This document shows positions 10,508 to 23,237 of a DNA stretch of 64,000 nt, in pieces; positions within the stretch are counted from its first letter, which is position 1, and the number at the start of each line of letters is the position of its first letter. Position numbers and translations under genes: made by a program. Source of the stretch: Takakia lepidozioides (lineage: Eukaryota > Plantae > Bryophyta); NCBI GenBank assembly GCA_030704615.1, contig CM060734.1, positions 4,960,001 to 5,024,000 on the forward strand, written 5' to 3'. Below the pieces are notes generated by a model. That model saw only the letters and a list, made by a program, of their open reading frames with translations. It had not been told where the DNA came from and made no database searches.

Positions 10508-13500
10508 ATGTGGGTCATAGAGAGAGTAGAGGGATTGGCTCTACTGTTTAGTGTGCTAGCGGTTCTGGCAGGGCAGGCAGATGCGCTGTCCGCAGATGGT
10601 CTGGCACTTCTGGAGCTGCAGCGTAGTTTGATAGATCCATTTGGATCTTTAAGCTCTTGGAATGCCACGGACAGTTTGCCATGTCAGTGGGAGGGGGTTC
10701 AATGTAGTAATAGACAACGCGCGTGGACTCTTGATCTCTCCAATAAGAATCTGTCGGGCACTATATCTTCTAGCATTGGCAGGTTATCTGCACTGAGACA
10801 TCTCAATTTCTCTAGCAACAAGCTATATGGATCAATCCCTGCAGCAGTTGGCTCTTGCACAAAGTTACGTGGCCTAGATCTGGGCACCAACAATTTGACA
10901 GGTGTTATTCCTGGTCATATTGGGGCTTTGAGGTCGCTTGTCACACTCCACTTGATCAACAATGGGTTGTCAGGTCAAATTCCTACAGAGATTGGGCAAT
11001 TGGTGTCTCTCCAAGAGTTTACGTGCTTCACCAACAATCTCTCAGGTCCTTTGCCATGCTCTTTTGGCAACTTGACAGCACTTCAGGTGTTTCGTGGTGG
11101 TTCGAACTCTTTCTGGGGTCCAATCCCGCCTGAGATTGGAGGTTGCAAAAGTCTTCAGTTTTTGGGCATGGCTCAGAACAAAATATCAGGTGTCCTACCG
11201 AAAGAGCTTGGCCTGCTTGCAAATCTCAGTCAACTGTTATTGTTCGAGAATTCGTTGGAGGGTGAGCTACCATGGGAACTGGGCAACTGCAGCCACCTGA
11301 AGGTTCTCGCACTATATAACAATCTACTCACTGGTCCAATTCCATCTGAGCTTGGGAATCTCAAAGAGCTGGTGTGGCTGTACATATATAGCAATGCCTT
11401 TAGTGGCTGCATACCTGCCTCGCTTGGCAACCTGACAACGGCCACAGTGATTGACCTTTCAGAGAACAATCTGACTGGCCACATTCCTTGGCAGCTTGGT
11501 CAGCTGACAAGTTTGAATGTTCTGCATCTGTTTGAGAATAAACTTAGTGGCCCCATTCCTAGCCAGTTTGGTAGTATGTCCAGCCTCTCTGGTTTGGATC
11601 TCTCTCTCAACCAGCTCACTGGCGTCATACCAACACAGCTACAAAGTTTAACTGCCTTGACAAAGCTGCAACTCTTCAGCAACCAATTGGAAGGAGAAAT
11701 CCCACCACTTTTGGGAAGCTACAGCAACTTGTCCATTTTGGAGCTCTCAGATAATCAACTTACTGGCAGCATCCCTCCTCACCTTTGCAGCTCGGGGTTC
11801 TTGGTTTGGCTGCACATAGGAAACAACCACCTATCAGGCACTGTCCCTCCGGGCTTGAAGAGCTGCGCGTCACTGGAGCAGTTGAACCTGCAGAGTAACT
11901 CATTCACAGGTACCCTGCTCACAGAATTAAGTCAGATTCCAGGTTTGGCAAATTTGGAGATTTCCGACAACAGCTTCACTGGAGTAATACCCCCTGAACT
12001 TGGAAAGAGCTACACCCTGCAAGTGCTCTCTATTGCAGGCAATAACTTTAGCGGCACACTTCCTGCGGAGCTGGGGCAGATTTCACAGTTGGCCAATTTA
12101 AATGTCTCCAATAACTTTCTCTCAGGTAGCATCCCGCCTGAGCTTGGCAACTGCTCCTTGCTTCTACGCCTGGACCTGAGTGGCAACCTTTTCACGGGGA
12201 GTCTTCCCCCAACCCTTGGCAAACTGAACTTATTGGAAGGATTGATGGTTTCCAACAATCAGCTGGGAAGTTCCATTCCAGATTCTTTGAGTTCATGTGT
12301 ACACTTGTACTATTTGCAGCTGGCTTTCAATATGTTTACTGGACCCTTCCCACAATCGTTGGGATTGATAACCAGTTTGCAATATGGCCTGAATGTCAGC
12401 CATAACCTTCTGAACGGTCAAATTCCAGAGGAACTTGGAAATTTGGCAATGCTACAGTCTCTGGATATGTCCTACAACAATTTGTCAGGGTCAATACCTG
12501 CAGCACTGGGGAATCTCACCAGTCTCATCACGTTCAATGTATCATACAACATGTTGACAGGGCCTGTTCCAAACACTTCCGCCTTCCGCCGCATGAGTGC
12601 TAGTGACTTTTCTGGAAACCCAGGTCTTTGTGGGGGTGCCTTGCCAAACTCATGCCAAAATATGGAGATGCTGCCGGCACCTCTGCCTCCAGGCATGATT
12701 TGGCAGGAGACAAACGTGTCGACTGGGGCAATGGTGGGCATCATTGCAGCCGTAATTGGTGGAGCCGTGCTCATCATTCTAGTTGGTGCATGTTGGTTCT
12801 GTCAGATTCCCAATGCTCTTGTACCCTTAGAAGAAAAACCACTGCCCAATGAAAGTCACCACTTATTCCCCAGGGCAGGTGTCACTGTCAGTGACATTGA
12901 GGAGGCTACTGACAATTTTTGTGAAGACACAGTGATTGGAAGGGGAGCTTGTGGAACCGTGTACAAGGCACTCCTATCCTCAGGGAAAATTATTGCAGTA
13001 AAGAAGCTGACGGTACAGAAGGGCTCATCTCAGTACGATACTTTCAATGCCGAGATAGTTACCCTCGGGAAAATTCGACATCGCAACATTGTGAAGCTAT
13101 TGGGCTTTAGCTCTCATCAGGGTTTGAATTTCCTGATGTACGAGTACATGCCCAAGGGAAGCTTAGGGGAGCTACTTCTGGGGGAGCCTTGTATGTTAGA
13201 TTGGGATATGCGGTACAAGATAGCTGTGGGTGCTGCCGAGGGTTTGGCGTATTTGCACCATGATTGCAAGCCACACATCATCCATCGGGACATAAAGTCG
13301 AACAACATTCTGCTTGATGACCATTTTGAGGCACATGTTGGGGACTTTGGGCTTGCTAAACTCATTGACTTGCCAGAATCTAAGTCCATGTCTGCTGTGG
13401 CAGGCTCGTACGGGTATATCGCACCTGGTATGCTAGCTTCTCAAACATATTTTCTTGCTTGTTTTCCTTGCCATAATGAGTCTGGGGGGACATGCTGCTC

Positions 13501-15379
13501 CTGTGTTCCTGGTTGTTCTTTGTCATGCTGAATCATCTTGCGCGATATATTGTGCATGTAGATTTCCATTGTCCAACCTTGTGACAAGGCCACAGCCATA
13601 ATTGATCTCCTATTTGATGGTATGCTTTTTTCGGTTTTTACAGTGTTCTAGAAGGATCTTTTATATGGTTTCATCTTTTCCTATCACTTGGTTACCGTTG
13701 AATTGATAAGTCTACAGTGTACGCTGTGCTTGCATGGATTTTGACGGTTCTCTGTGGCAGAGTCATTTAAGAGCTCGCATTTACACACACTAGAAAAGGG
13801 CGATGTTGATTCTAGTACTGCTCGCAATGTAACCGAGCAGCTTCAATTCTACTGCTAGTTACGTTGGTAGTGTGAAAAGCACAGACTGCCTACCCAAGTG
13901 CTCTTCGTTGACAATTGGGCTGACTGTCCCCTCCTTTGTAGCTTAGATTCTGCACATGCTTTACCCTCCTGTGAAAACCAACTGGTCCCTCTATGGGGAA
14001 GGGTTTCAGCCCTGCCAAGAAGTGATAGGCAGCTTTTAGGGGTGATAACCCATATTAATTGGTAGGATAATTGGAGGTTTGTAGGCAAGTCCCTGACTTA
14101 AAACTTTTCTGTCAGCAAAACTAATATTCTGGATCCCCTATTGATCTACCTGCTGTCTACAACTTGGCCTTTCTTAAGCCACCAATCATTGGAAGTTCTA
14201 TGTTCTTCCAACATGACCATCAACATTCTTACTTTTGCCAATGACCTAGTTTGCTAACCTCACAAAACTGCTGTGGACATCTGTTGTCATTCCCCCTTTG
14301 CTGTGGAAGCTACCCTTACGCTTCACTTTGCTTGGCTAGGCCATTAAGGCTGAGAGGAGTCATTTGTCTATTGACTGCCTCCTGATTTTGTCATGTCTTA
14401 TTCCGGTTCTGGAGCTCTTGACCTTCAGGCAGGATTGGAGGGCGCAGAACATATGTAGGTTTGCAGTCTTCTCACATTCAGTGACCTGTTCTTCCTAGTG
14501 GACGGTGGTGCTAGTGAAGACTTAGTGCAGCCAGTGAAAGGAAGAACCTTTGTGATCCATTAAGCGTAACTGCCCTGTGAGGGTGGGCCGAACAAGAAAT
14601 TTTTCTAACTGTTTAATTCCACGTGTATAGCTAGTGGAATTCCACGTAAAAATTCCACGTATAAGGTGTAGCTAGTGTAGTTACAAAAATTCTTGTTCGG
14701 CCCACCCTCACAGGGCAGTTACGCATAATGGATCACAAAGGTTCTTCCTTTCACTGGCTGCACTAAGTCTTCACTAGCACATGATATTTCACTAGCACCA
14801 TTTTCTAACCTTATACGTGTTTAAATTTTTTGTAACTGTTCAAGTCTCATCCATTGGCTAGAGGCTGTGCAGCCAATCCTGGTACCAGATAGGTGGTTGG
14901 AATGCCCTGACTTTTCATCTTGCATGCTTGTACTTGGCTTTACCTCCACTGCGCCTGACTAGTGCATTTTGGTGTATGCAGAGTATGCGTACACAATGAA
15001 GGTAACCGAAAAATGCGATATATACAGTTTTGGGGTGGTTCTGCTGGAGTTGTTGACAGGGAGGCGCCCAATTCAACCTATCGAAGATGGGGGTGACTTG
15101 AAGACATGGGTGAAGGGGGCCATTCAGGCTATGCCAGTAACTGACATATTGGATGCCAGGTTAGACCTGAGCAATAGTGATGTGGTAGCTGAGATGCTGC
15201 TGGTCCTGAAAGTGGCGTTTTTCTGTACCAATGATGTGCCTGCTGACAGGCCAACAATGAGGGAAGTGGTTCGCATGCTTTTAGAAGCCAATAAGAAAAA
15301 ATCTGGAGACCAATTTGACCTACCAACAGTTGAGAAGAGCTGTGAAATTCATCAGGACAAATGTGCAGATCAAGGTTAG
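10508..15379 (+). CDS. LRR receptor-like kinase, subfamily XI, PSYR-like (At1g17230/At2g33170/At5g63930 clade); exons 10508-13427 and 14982-15379; ~1105 aa
   Basis: Signal peptide, LRRNT cap (PCQWEGVQC), >20 LRRs, TM helix and kinase domain ([23 protein letters not shown]). A GT..AG intron falls in [23 protein letters not shown], and splicing restores the frame. Confidence 0.93.
14508..14780. repeat. Intronic long inverted repeat (arms 14508-14610 and 14679-14780, ~100 bp each)
   Basis: GTGCTAGTGAAGACTTAGTGCAGCC...GGGCCGAACAAG is matched by its reverse complement with only ~3 differences. Confidence 0.95.
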
Positions 15380-16110
15380 GGTATATTGGTAGCTTTCAGT
15401 CCCTCATCCGAAAGGCAAACAGAAAACGCAAGGTTACAATAGGTAGCACATTCTTTACATGCAACTATAGAAAGCTGTCTGTTGGTCCTGAAGTATGTGG
15501 GTAAACAGCAAGCAAGAGTTCTGTTGGATTGGACACAAAGGTGCAGGTGCATGAGATGGCTCTCATCCTGGGGATATCCCCTCAAAATTGCTGAAGCTGG
15601 ATCTTCACCCTGGAAAGATCTGATCAGTCCCAGTTCCACTGGATTGCTTAAGGATTTGAAGTCCATCCTAGCTAGGACTACTTAGAACTTTTGTCCAAAA
15701 CATAAACAAAGACAAGGATAAATTTTCTAATTGCAGCCCCTTGGCTTTTACATTTCATTTCAAGTCCTTACAGTCCATTGTGACTTTGGCTTTCTATTGC
15801 ACGTGGATTTTCAGTCACTCAAATCAAAAGATTGATGGGCAGCTCAGATATGAATTCTCTGATAGAAAATCTATTGTGGCATAACTGTCTTGTTCCCTCT
15901 GCATCATTGGGCTCCACTTCAACCATCTGCCACATATGCCATCTATGCTCCTGTAGATACTAAATTTCTGTCACAGATTGTCAAACTAGCACCAGCTGAA
16001 TTTTGGCAATCTCTGAAGTGCAGTCTATTAACTAAAACGAGGCCTCAAGTGGTCTGTGAGATCACATCTGTTCTGTAAACAACTGGTGGCAAGTGGTTGA
16101 CTCCTTCCTC

Positions 16111-17215
16111 TGTTGAAAAACAAGCCTGGGACCTGAAACAATGCTTTGTTTATAGAAGCTCACCACCCAACCTTAGAACCACCACAAGCAAGAGTGTGTC
16201 ATATATCAACTACTATGTGGTTCACCCCCGAGCTTCTTATATAGTTCTAGCTAGGCTAAAAGCAGTCTTATAAGGACATGCCTTTTTAAGCCTACTTTTT
16301 CTATATACAAAGTAGTCCCACAAATGGACTTACTTTTTCCTTTAAAAGTCTTTTCAAACATAGAGTTACTTTTAATGTCTCTATCTTTTCTTGTAAGTCA
16401 AGTTGTAGATTGGTTGAATATGGAGCTGCTTATTCCAACACTCCCTCTCAGCGAGATAATCAAGCAATCTCAACCTTAACTATTCCCATCATAGTTTTGA
16501 AGCGATCGTGCTTATCATGAGGAAGTCCCTTGGTGAGCACATCGGCTACCATATTTTCACTACTGCAAAATATTAACTTGATTTCGCTAGCCTCAACCTT
16601 ATCACGAACAAAATCATGATGTCTCACATCAATATGCTTTGTACGCGTGCCATGATAAGTTGGATTTTTCAGAAGTGAAATACAACTCTGATTGTTCTCT
16701 TGAAGAGTTGTTGGACCTTCCTGTGGATAGCCAATTTCCTTCAATAACTTCCGAAGCCAAATTGCCTCTTTTGCTGCTTGTGTTGCAGCCATATACTCAG
16801 CCTCAGTTGTTGATAATGCAATAGTTGGTTGTTTCTTACTGTTCCAACTAATGGAACCATTGGCCAAAACGAATGTATACCCGGTTATAGACCGACGTGT
16901 ATCAATACATCCTGCATAGTTAGCATCACTGAAACCAACCAAAGTTAGATCCTCTCGATCTTTTTGAGACTGAGTTAGGTTATACAACCCCAAACTCTAG
17001 CTCCCTCTGAAGCGGAGACCGTGATCAAGGGTTCCCCTCAGGTAACGGAATATCCGTTTCACCTCAATCCAGTGCTCTACACTAGGATTGGCCATGAACT
17101 GGCATACTGCTCCAATAGCAACGGCACTTTCAGGCTGTGTACCAACCATTGCATACATGAGGCACCCCACAGCACTCTGATACGGAATAGATCTCTTATC
17201 TTTTCCCAACCCTCA
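16111..17215 (-). mobile_element. Ty1/Copia 3' remnant: RT end/RNase H, PPT (16441-16449) and 3' LTR (16111-16440)
   Basis: [20 protein letters not shown]...[15 protein letters not shown] and TKHIDVRHH motifs. The PPT GAGAGGGAG is followed by a 330-bp TGTTG...CAACA LTR. Confidence 0.88.
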
Positions 17216-18179
17216 TAGGGGCACCGGGGAAGAATATAAGCGAGTAGTAAGCATGAATCAGGACCTTGGACGTGTGAGCAATGTGTGAGAGATGGGCTGG
17301 TACAGTCCAAACTGAGTGGGCAGTAAATGGTGATCATTTGGTGCATATGGTGAAGGTCTTGTCTCTTGAGATGCAATGTTTGGGGCATATAGACGGATCA
17401 AATGCTTAAGGATTGGGGGTTTGAATTTGAGACAGAGACTTAGAATGACTCATGTTCACATCAGATTATGCCAGAACTAGAGCAGGTTGCTGACAAGTTC
17501 TTCAAATTATTGTTTTGAGGGAAAACATCATGGGCACTTACAATGCAGATTCATGATGGCAAATAACATAGATCTTGGCCACTTGTTTATGCTCATTCAA
17601 TTCAATTTGTAGGGTAGAGAGATACACATAGGATAAGAGAGGAAACTCACTAGAACTAGACATACTTGCAGTTTCTAGGATAGCATGCTAGATGGTGTAG
17701 GTGATATCTTCTCTTCCGCTGCGGTGTCACTTGTGTCATCCAACTAACCACAATGCATGAGTGAACAAGAAGAATGTGCAGGAGCCCTCTTTTTGGTATC
17801 AGAGCGGTCAGTTCTCAGGACGAAATAATCACGATTATGGAGAAACAGTTCCCATCATGAGTTCAGATTACACCCGAAGTCGTTGGAGTTTGAGGCTGGT
17901 CTGTGGAAGAAATTAGAGCTGAAGGTGGCTTCAAATAGCAAGCTGAAGGATCATCAAGGAGCCATGAGAACAATTGGTGAGGCTGGTCTGAAGAAACTAT
18001 GCTTAGCAGTCAAGACAGACATGGAGCTAACAACAACAAACAGAGAACTCACTTCGGAAAGGAAGGGTGAAGAGGTAAGATGTAAAGTACCTTCATCATT
18101 TTCATTGTGAAGTCAGGACAAAGAGGACGGAGGTGTCGGTGATAAAGGTCATTCTCAAATTGCTGGAGAAACTGCCCTC

Positions 18180-18470
18180 TTACATGGACCGGACAAGTAT
18201 GAGATCAATAAAAAATGGTTCACAGGATGAACCAATGGTTACTTGATGTGCCGATTTCTGAATGCTTTCAAACTAATTGTACATGCCCTCTTAAAGGTAC
18301 CGGACAAGTATGAGTTCGATTCAAAATATTGCAATGGGTGAACCAATGGTATCTTCATTCAGTAATTTTTGATTGTTTTGAAACTTTGCGAGTATATTGT
18401 ACATGTCGTCAAACAAGTACCGAACAAGTATGAGGTCATTCAAAAATGGTTCAAAGGATGAACCTCGTAT
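18180..18470. repeat. Three ~115-bp degenerate tandem repeats
   Basis: ACCGRACAAGTATGAG...TGAACC recurs at ~18188, ~18299 and ~18419. Confidence 0.8.
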
Positions 18471-18552
18471 TTCTAAAAATTACGTAGACTGTACAGTGGG
18501 TTACACATTTAAGTTTTCGCAACCTGAGACCTTTGGCCTACTCCCTACGTTT

Positions 18553-20575
18553 CTAGTCATCTTCATCTAGATTAATTACTTCGTTGTTATCATCTTCAGA
18601 TGTTGATGAAGATGCTCCGGGTGTAGAGGACGTGCCTCCACCAGTACGGAGAGCTCGAGCCTGGGCTCGAGTGGTCAAAGAGGGACCCAGTGTTGTGTGG
18701 TCCACCCTTGCCATCATGCATAGCGTTCTAGGCGAGTGCTGACTCTCTTCCACATTTGCTAGAGCCGGGTTTGTCGCTCTTACTACGGCTTCATGCAATT
18801 TTTCAATTAAATCCGATATGTTTGGAAGTGGTAAGAACACCCCTGGAATAGAGGCAACTTGGTCACGCCATGTGTTCTGCCAATACTTTACAACACTCGT
18901 GATGGCAGCCTTGAAATTGTCCAACACCTCCTCCTGCTGGGGGTCTCTACGCAACTCTGGAGGAAATGGCTCTTCATCCCGACGAGGCACCCAGTACCTC
19001 TCATTCATATCATCCCAACAGATGCTAGCAGCCTCCAACTCTATCATAAATAGGTCTCTCCCAATCGGTTCGCGATTGTATGGGTCATTTTCCGCTGGCA
19101 CCCATGGATCCTAAGACAGTCAAAAGAATCTTTGTCTAGTATAGCTCCAATGCCCTCCCAAGTTCTGGCAAAAAAGCTCCGTTTGGACTGGGTCCCGTAT
19201 GCCTCTAGCACGCACGGTTATTTCCCAGTTGGATGTCACCCAAAAGGTCACCGGATCTTTAACCCTAGATAACGTCATAGCATCCAAGGCGTGCATCTCT
19301 CTTGGAGCATCCCATGTCATTGTCTCCCCCCAGTGCTGACAATTTAAAAAATCGTAAGTCGATACATCCAATGGCATGTTGTACCGGTTGTACTCGTATC
19401 CCGTGGGCATATTGTTTTGCAACCCAAACAACTCGTAGAAACGTCGATGGATTGGTCCACGGCAGTCAGGGCATTGGCTGGTTCGCATGGCTGCCGATAT
19501 GAGACATGTAAGGTGGAACAAATGGCACATGAACCAAGCATATAGCCTCCCTCCGGTCCGTAAGGGTTTAGGCACATTGTGCACACCGTACCATCTGTTA
19601 CCCATGACGTGGATTGCTCCGTGGTATCCACGTCTATTCATCCTCATGAATGTCGGATGACATCCTCGGCCTGCTATCCCACTCATCCTGTACTTCTAAA
19701 TCCCAGTTTATGCTCTTATTGGTATCGGAAATTGTATGCACACAGTGCTCAAACATGGCATCCACATCACTCCATATGGTGAATCCAGTGTACTTCGACG
19801 TGAATATATCACGCACAGTGTCGTGCCTTTGCAAATTAGCAGAGATGCTATCTACGCTTCGATTCGACAAACGTGCTGCACGTTGGAGGGAGGACAACGC
19901 TTCTTCTATCTGTGTTTCCCGCGATGCTAGATGGCCCGCCCATGTCACCCAATTCCGCCAATTCCCCTTCAGCCATGGCCACGATCGGATTTGCATGACA
20001 TTTGAGTACCGATATGCAACAGCCATAGCTTGCTCATGTTCCCCCACAAGCTGCTCTAATTCCTGTTCCTGGGCCGATGTAATTTGCACGGCTAAACATT
20101 CCTCAGTTTCCACTATGGGGTCCTTCCCTTTTCTTGCCCTCTCCGCCGCAAGTCTTTCTTCCTCAACCCTCGCCGAGTCCAGTTCAGGCGTTTGCACTTC
20201 ATTCCCATGCCCGATTGAGTCAACCTCATCGATGACGCGGTCAATGTCCATTGGTGGTATATCCAAACGCGCCAATATGTCTTGCTCGTTGGTGATTGGC
20301 CTCAGGTCCTGAAGCACACCGCGTACGCCGTCGAGAGTCCCCAACCCCATTATTTCCAGCAACTTCGCTATTTGCCACCGTTGCAAATGAACAATGTCCT
20401 GCAGGTCCTTGATGTGCTGTTCATGTGCGGCCAACTGTTCCTCCAACGTAGAGCGTACCTCCCCCCCCTCCACCTCAGACGTTGAAGGCCTGGCTGCGGA
20501 GACCTGTTGCAGCGTATAATCTAGAGGTTGGTCCCCCTGCACCTCCCACACCACCACTGCGTCTGCCTTAACCAA
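18553..20575 (-). pseudogene. Intronless coiled-coil + RING-H2 protein gene (~670 codons), disabled
   Basis: Frames join into CTMC-x14-C-x-HLFHLTC-x10-CPDC across a 1-nt deletion at ~19526. There is a further frameshift near 19635. In-frame TGA and TAG at 19111-19122 separate two ORFs in the same frame. Confidence 0.75.
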
Positions 20576-21526
20576 TCTACCCTCTGGAAATCGCCACTCC
20601 TGCCCTAGTTTACTACTATCCCTTTAGCTCCTACAAAATGTTAACAAATGCAAATCTGCTGCCATGTCCAACAACCCTGGTCATGCAGAAAAGCATGCTG
20701 ACAATTCCCATAGTAGTAAAGCAGATCCCCACCTCCACCACCAGGTCTTCCCTACCACACCCACACCACACGCAACTACAATTATTCATATATCAAGGCT
20801 CCCTTGTGAAGTTTACAAACGAACCCACTGCAATGGGCTACACGATCACTCCAGGACCACCTTTACAACACCCCATCTTGTACACTTTCTGTATAGACCA
20901 CTCAACACAGCAGCCCTATTCCTACATTCATAAACTTCCCGCAATCACATCCCCACACTCAAATCTGAGGTTTAAATCATTCCCTCGCCCCACCATAATT
21001 GTAAACGGCCATGCAAATCTTACAGCAGGCTTCATAAACAAGCCCTGCCAAAACCTTTCACCCCTCAAGGCGCATAACTCTCTCCAACAAATACCCCTGC
21101 CCCCTCCCATCAAAGCGCTCTCCCCCCAGCCCATACATCTGCCGCCTTGCTCCATTCCTACACACAACGACACTTCAACACCATCCCTAGCATGGTATAA
21201 ACCACATAATGACCCACCTCACACAGCTGCAAAACTACCGCCGCCTTGTCTTCTTCCCATAATCAACGTATGTATGATACTCTGCTATCCTAAATGCTCT
21301 ATCAAACGCGTTCGCTGCATTGTCGCCCCCACAGTCAGCCTACTGCCGAACTCTATCATACCAGATAACTTCTCTAGTAGCCTCACTCTCTCTCAGTCAC
21401 CTGGGTCTCAACCCCAAACCCCTCTCTATCTTACACCCCTTCCCACCATATCTTCCAATGTGACACATGCTCTAGTCATATAGTTTCATCTATTTCTTCA
21501 TCTCACTCCCCCACACAATACCACGT

Positions 21527-23234
21527 ATGTCTAGCAAAAAATCAGTCATTATCCAGAAACGTGCTGGGAGTATCCAGAAGCAGCCCCGACAAAAAGGAAA
21601 GGGTATTTGTAGTACAAAATCTGCGGTCAGCTCCCTGGCCCAACGTCCCTCTACAAAAATGAAGCACCACATTGAAGCTGATGTAGAGATGGTTCAACAT
21701 ACCGAAGGAGATGTGGAGATCAGTGATATGCACTTGTCTGATGAGCAATTTTTTGCCATTGCACGAGCATATCAAACTCGATCTACACAGATGCGGGCTG
21801 AGACCCGCAATGGCCACGCCCAAGACAAGCGAGCGCCCACACCTCTGTCATCACCACCAGAACAGTCGGCGACTTCGCACCAGGCAACACTTGTGTTGCC
21901 AGTCAAGTCAGTGACACTCAGCCCGCACAACAAATGCTCCTCCAGCGCATTTAACAGTGAGACAGGCAGTAGTAGCCACAAGGCGAAGTGGCTCTTAGTT
22001 ACGCCGGCCTCGGCCGGAGTCATCTCTCTCTCTTGCACCACTACGTATAGATGCTAGGGTTTTTTGCATGTAAGCAAGACCATACTAGTGTGCTTTGTCT
22101 TCTTTGCAGGGGCGACCTTGCAAAAATGGATTTGCACAATGTTGTCTTTGCCGAAGAGAGAATGCAGAGCCTCCGCTATAGCTGATTGTGGATGCAGGGG
22201 ATTAAGGCTCTTGACCACCAACGTAAGAGCACTTCTTTCCACAACGATCACTTGTGGAGTGGTTGTGAGGCCAATCATACTCGCTCGGCGAATTCGCAGC
22301 TGAGGTTTGATCAACGTATGCTCCAATCTGATACCTTGTATCAACATCCTCTGTTTGGTATCTTCTTAGGCCAGTTAAAGGACATAGAATTTGGAATCCG
22401 GCCCTGTCTTGTGAGTGTATAGAATCTCGAACTCGTCATCATGGAGGTAGGTTTCCATGATGAAGTGCATTGTGAGCTTATGGCTGATTGTTCCATGTAG
22501 ACTTTCGCTTGTCAGGTACAAGGAGAGGTGATCCGATGGAGTGAGTAAGTCGAATGCTTTCTCCACCTTACCTTGAACCGGTATACCCAAAGCCATCTCC
22601 ATGACAAAGGCTTTGTTGCCTTTCAATAGAGCGATGTAGTCCGTGGCAGGGTGCAACAATTCTACTTTTAGAAGGCCTGACCAATTTTTGCTGGCATGTT
22701 TGGAGTAGGCCATTATTGGTGAGTACATGATATCACCCAATGGGATGTTCATCTCCTCGAAACGCTTCCTGGCACAATAGATGGCTTGCTCTTTGGGCAT
22801 GTCCGTTTTTTTGTCAAATCTGATCATTATGTGATAAGGCGAAGCAGATAGCCCGAAAGCTGGATCGATTGTGGTACCTTTTGGCAAGTTGTCCTTCATG
22901 GCCGATAGGTCGTGCTGCGGGAAGAATAATTGGGGGACGTGGGGGAGGGCCTTGAGGTAGTGCCTCAGTTTGTAGATTTCAGAGGAGCTAAGGCCAAGCT
23001 ATTCGAGTTCAGCCGTCGAGTGCATCTCGGTGATAAAGGGAAATTCCAAATTGTGCGCATGTTGTTCTAGAGTATGGTATCCCATCCACAACTGTGGTGC
23101 TCCATGCGAGCTTGAAATTTCCATGTGCTATGTCTGACCAAGTAGATGGAGACCATGTGATTTTTTGTGACCGATAAGAAAATGATCATGACTGTCTGTT
23201 TTGAGTGGGAAAGAAGGTGGTTGAAGGTGATATA
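21527..23234. pseudogene. Unknown TE-associated ORF (possible LINE ORF1/N-terminal region), split by an inversion: 21527-21962 on +, 23234-22054 on -
   Basis: Re-inverting 21963-23234 puts the 21527 ATG frame in register with the 22899 ORF (MKDNLPKG...WSGLLKVELLHP...GKVEKAFDLL); a few stops and frameshifts remain. Confidence 0.6.
21965..22032 (+). mobile_element. Displaced terminal ~70 nt (structured RNA + (TC)n tail) of the Dualen-like LINE copy at 23238-23800
   Basis: GGCAGTAG(TAG)CCACAAGGCGAAGTGGCTCTTAGTTACGCCGGCCTCGGCCGGAGTCATCTCTCTCTC matches the reverse complement of 4915-4980. Confidence 0.85.
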
Positions 23235-23237
23235 TCT

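Noticed and set aside
13428-13531. C-terminal extension of the 1007-aa ORF (GMLASQTYF...)
   Set aside because: It is read-through into the intron; the kinase continues in exon 2 at 14982.
17794-17805. Isolated tRNA-iMet PBS (TGGTATCAGAGC) on +
   Set aside because: It is not preceded by a CA-ended LTR, not followed by recognisable gag, and is opposite in orientation to the adjacent Copia remnant, so it cannot define an element.
20638-21483. 281-aa Pro/Thr/His-rich ORF
   Set aside because: No recognisable motif. The G-poor, C/A-skewed strand suppresses stop codons, so it may be a compositional artefact.
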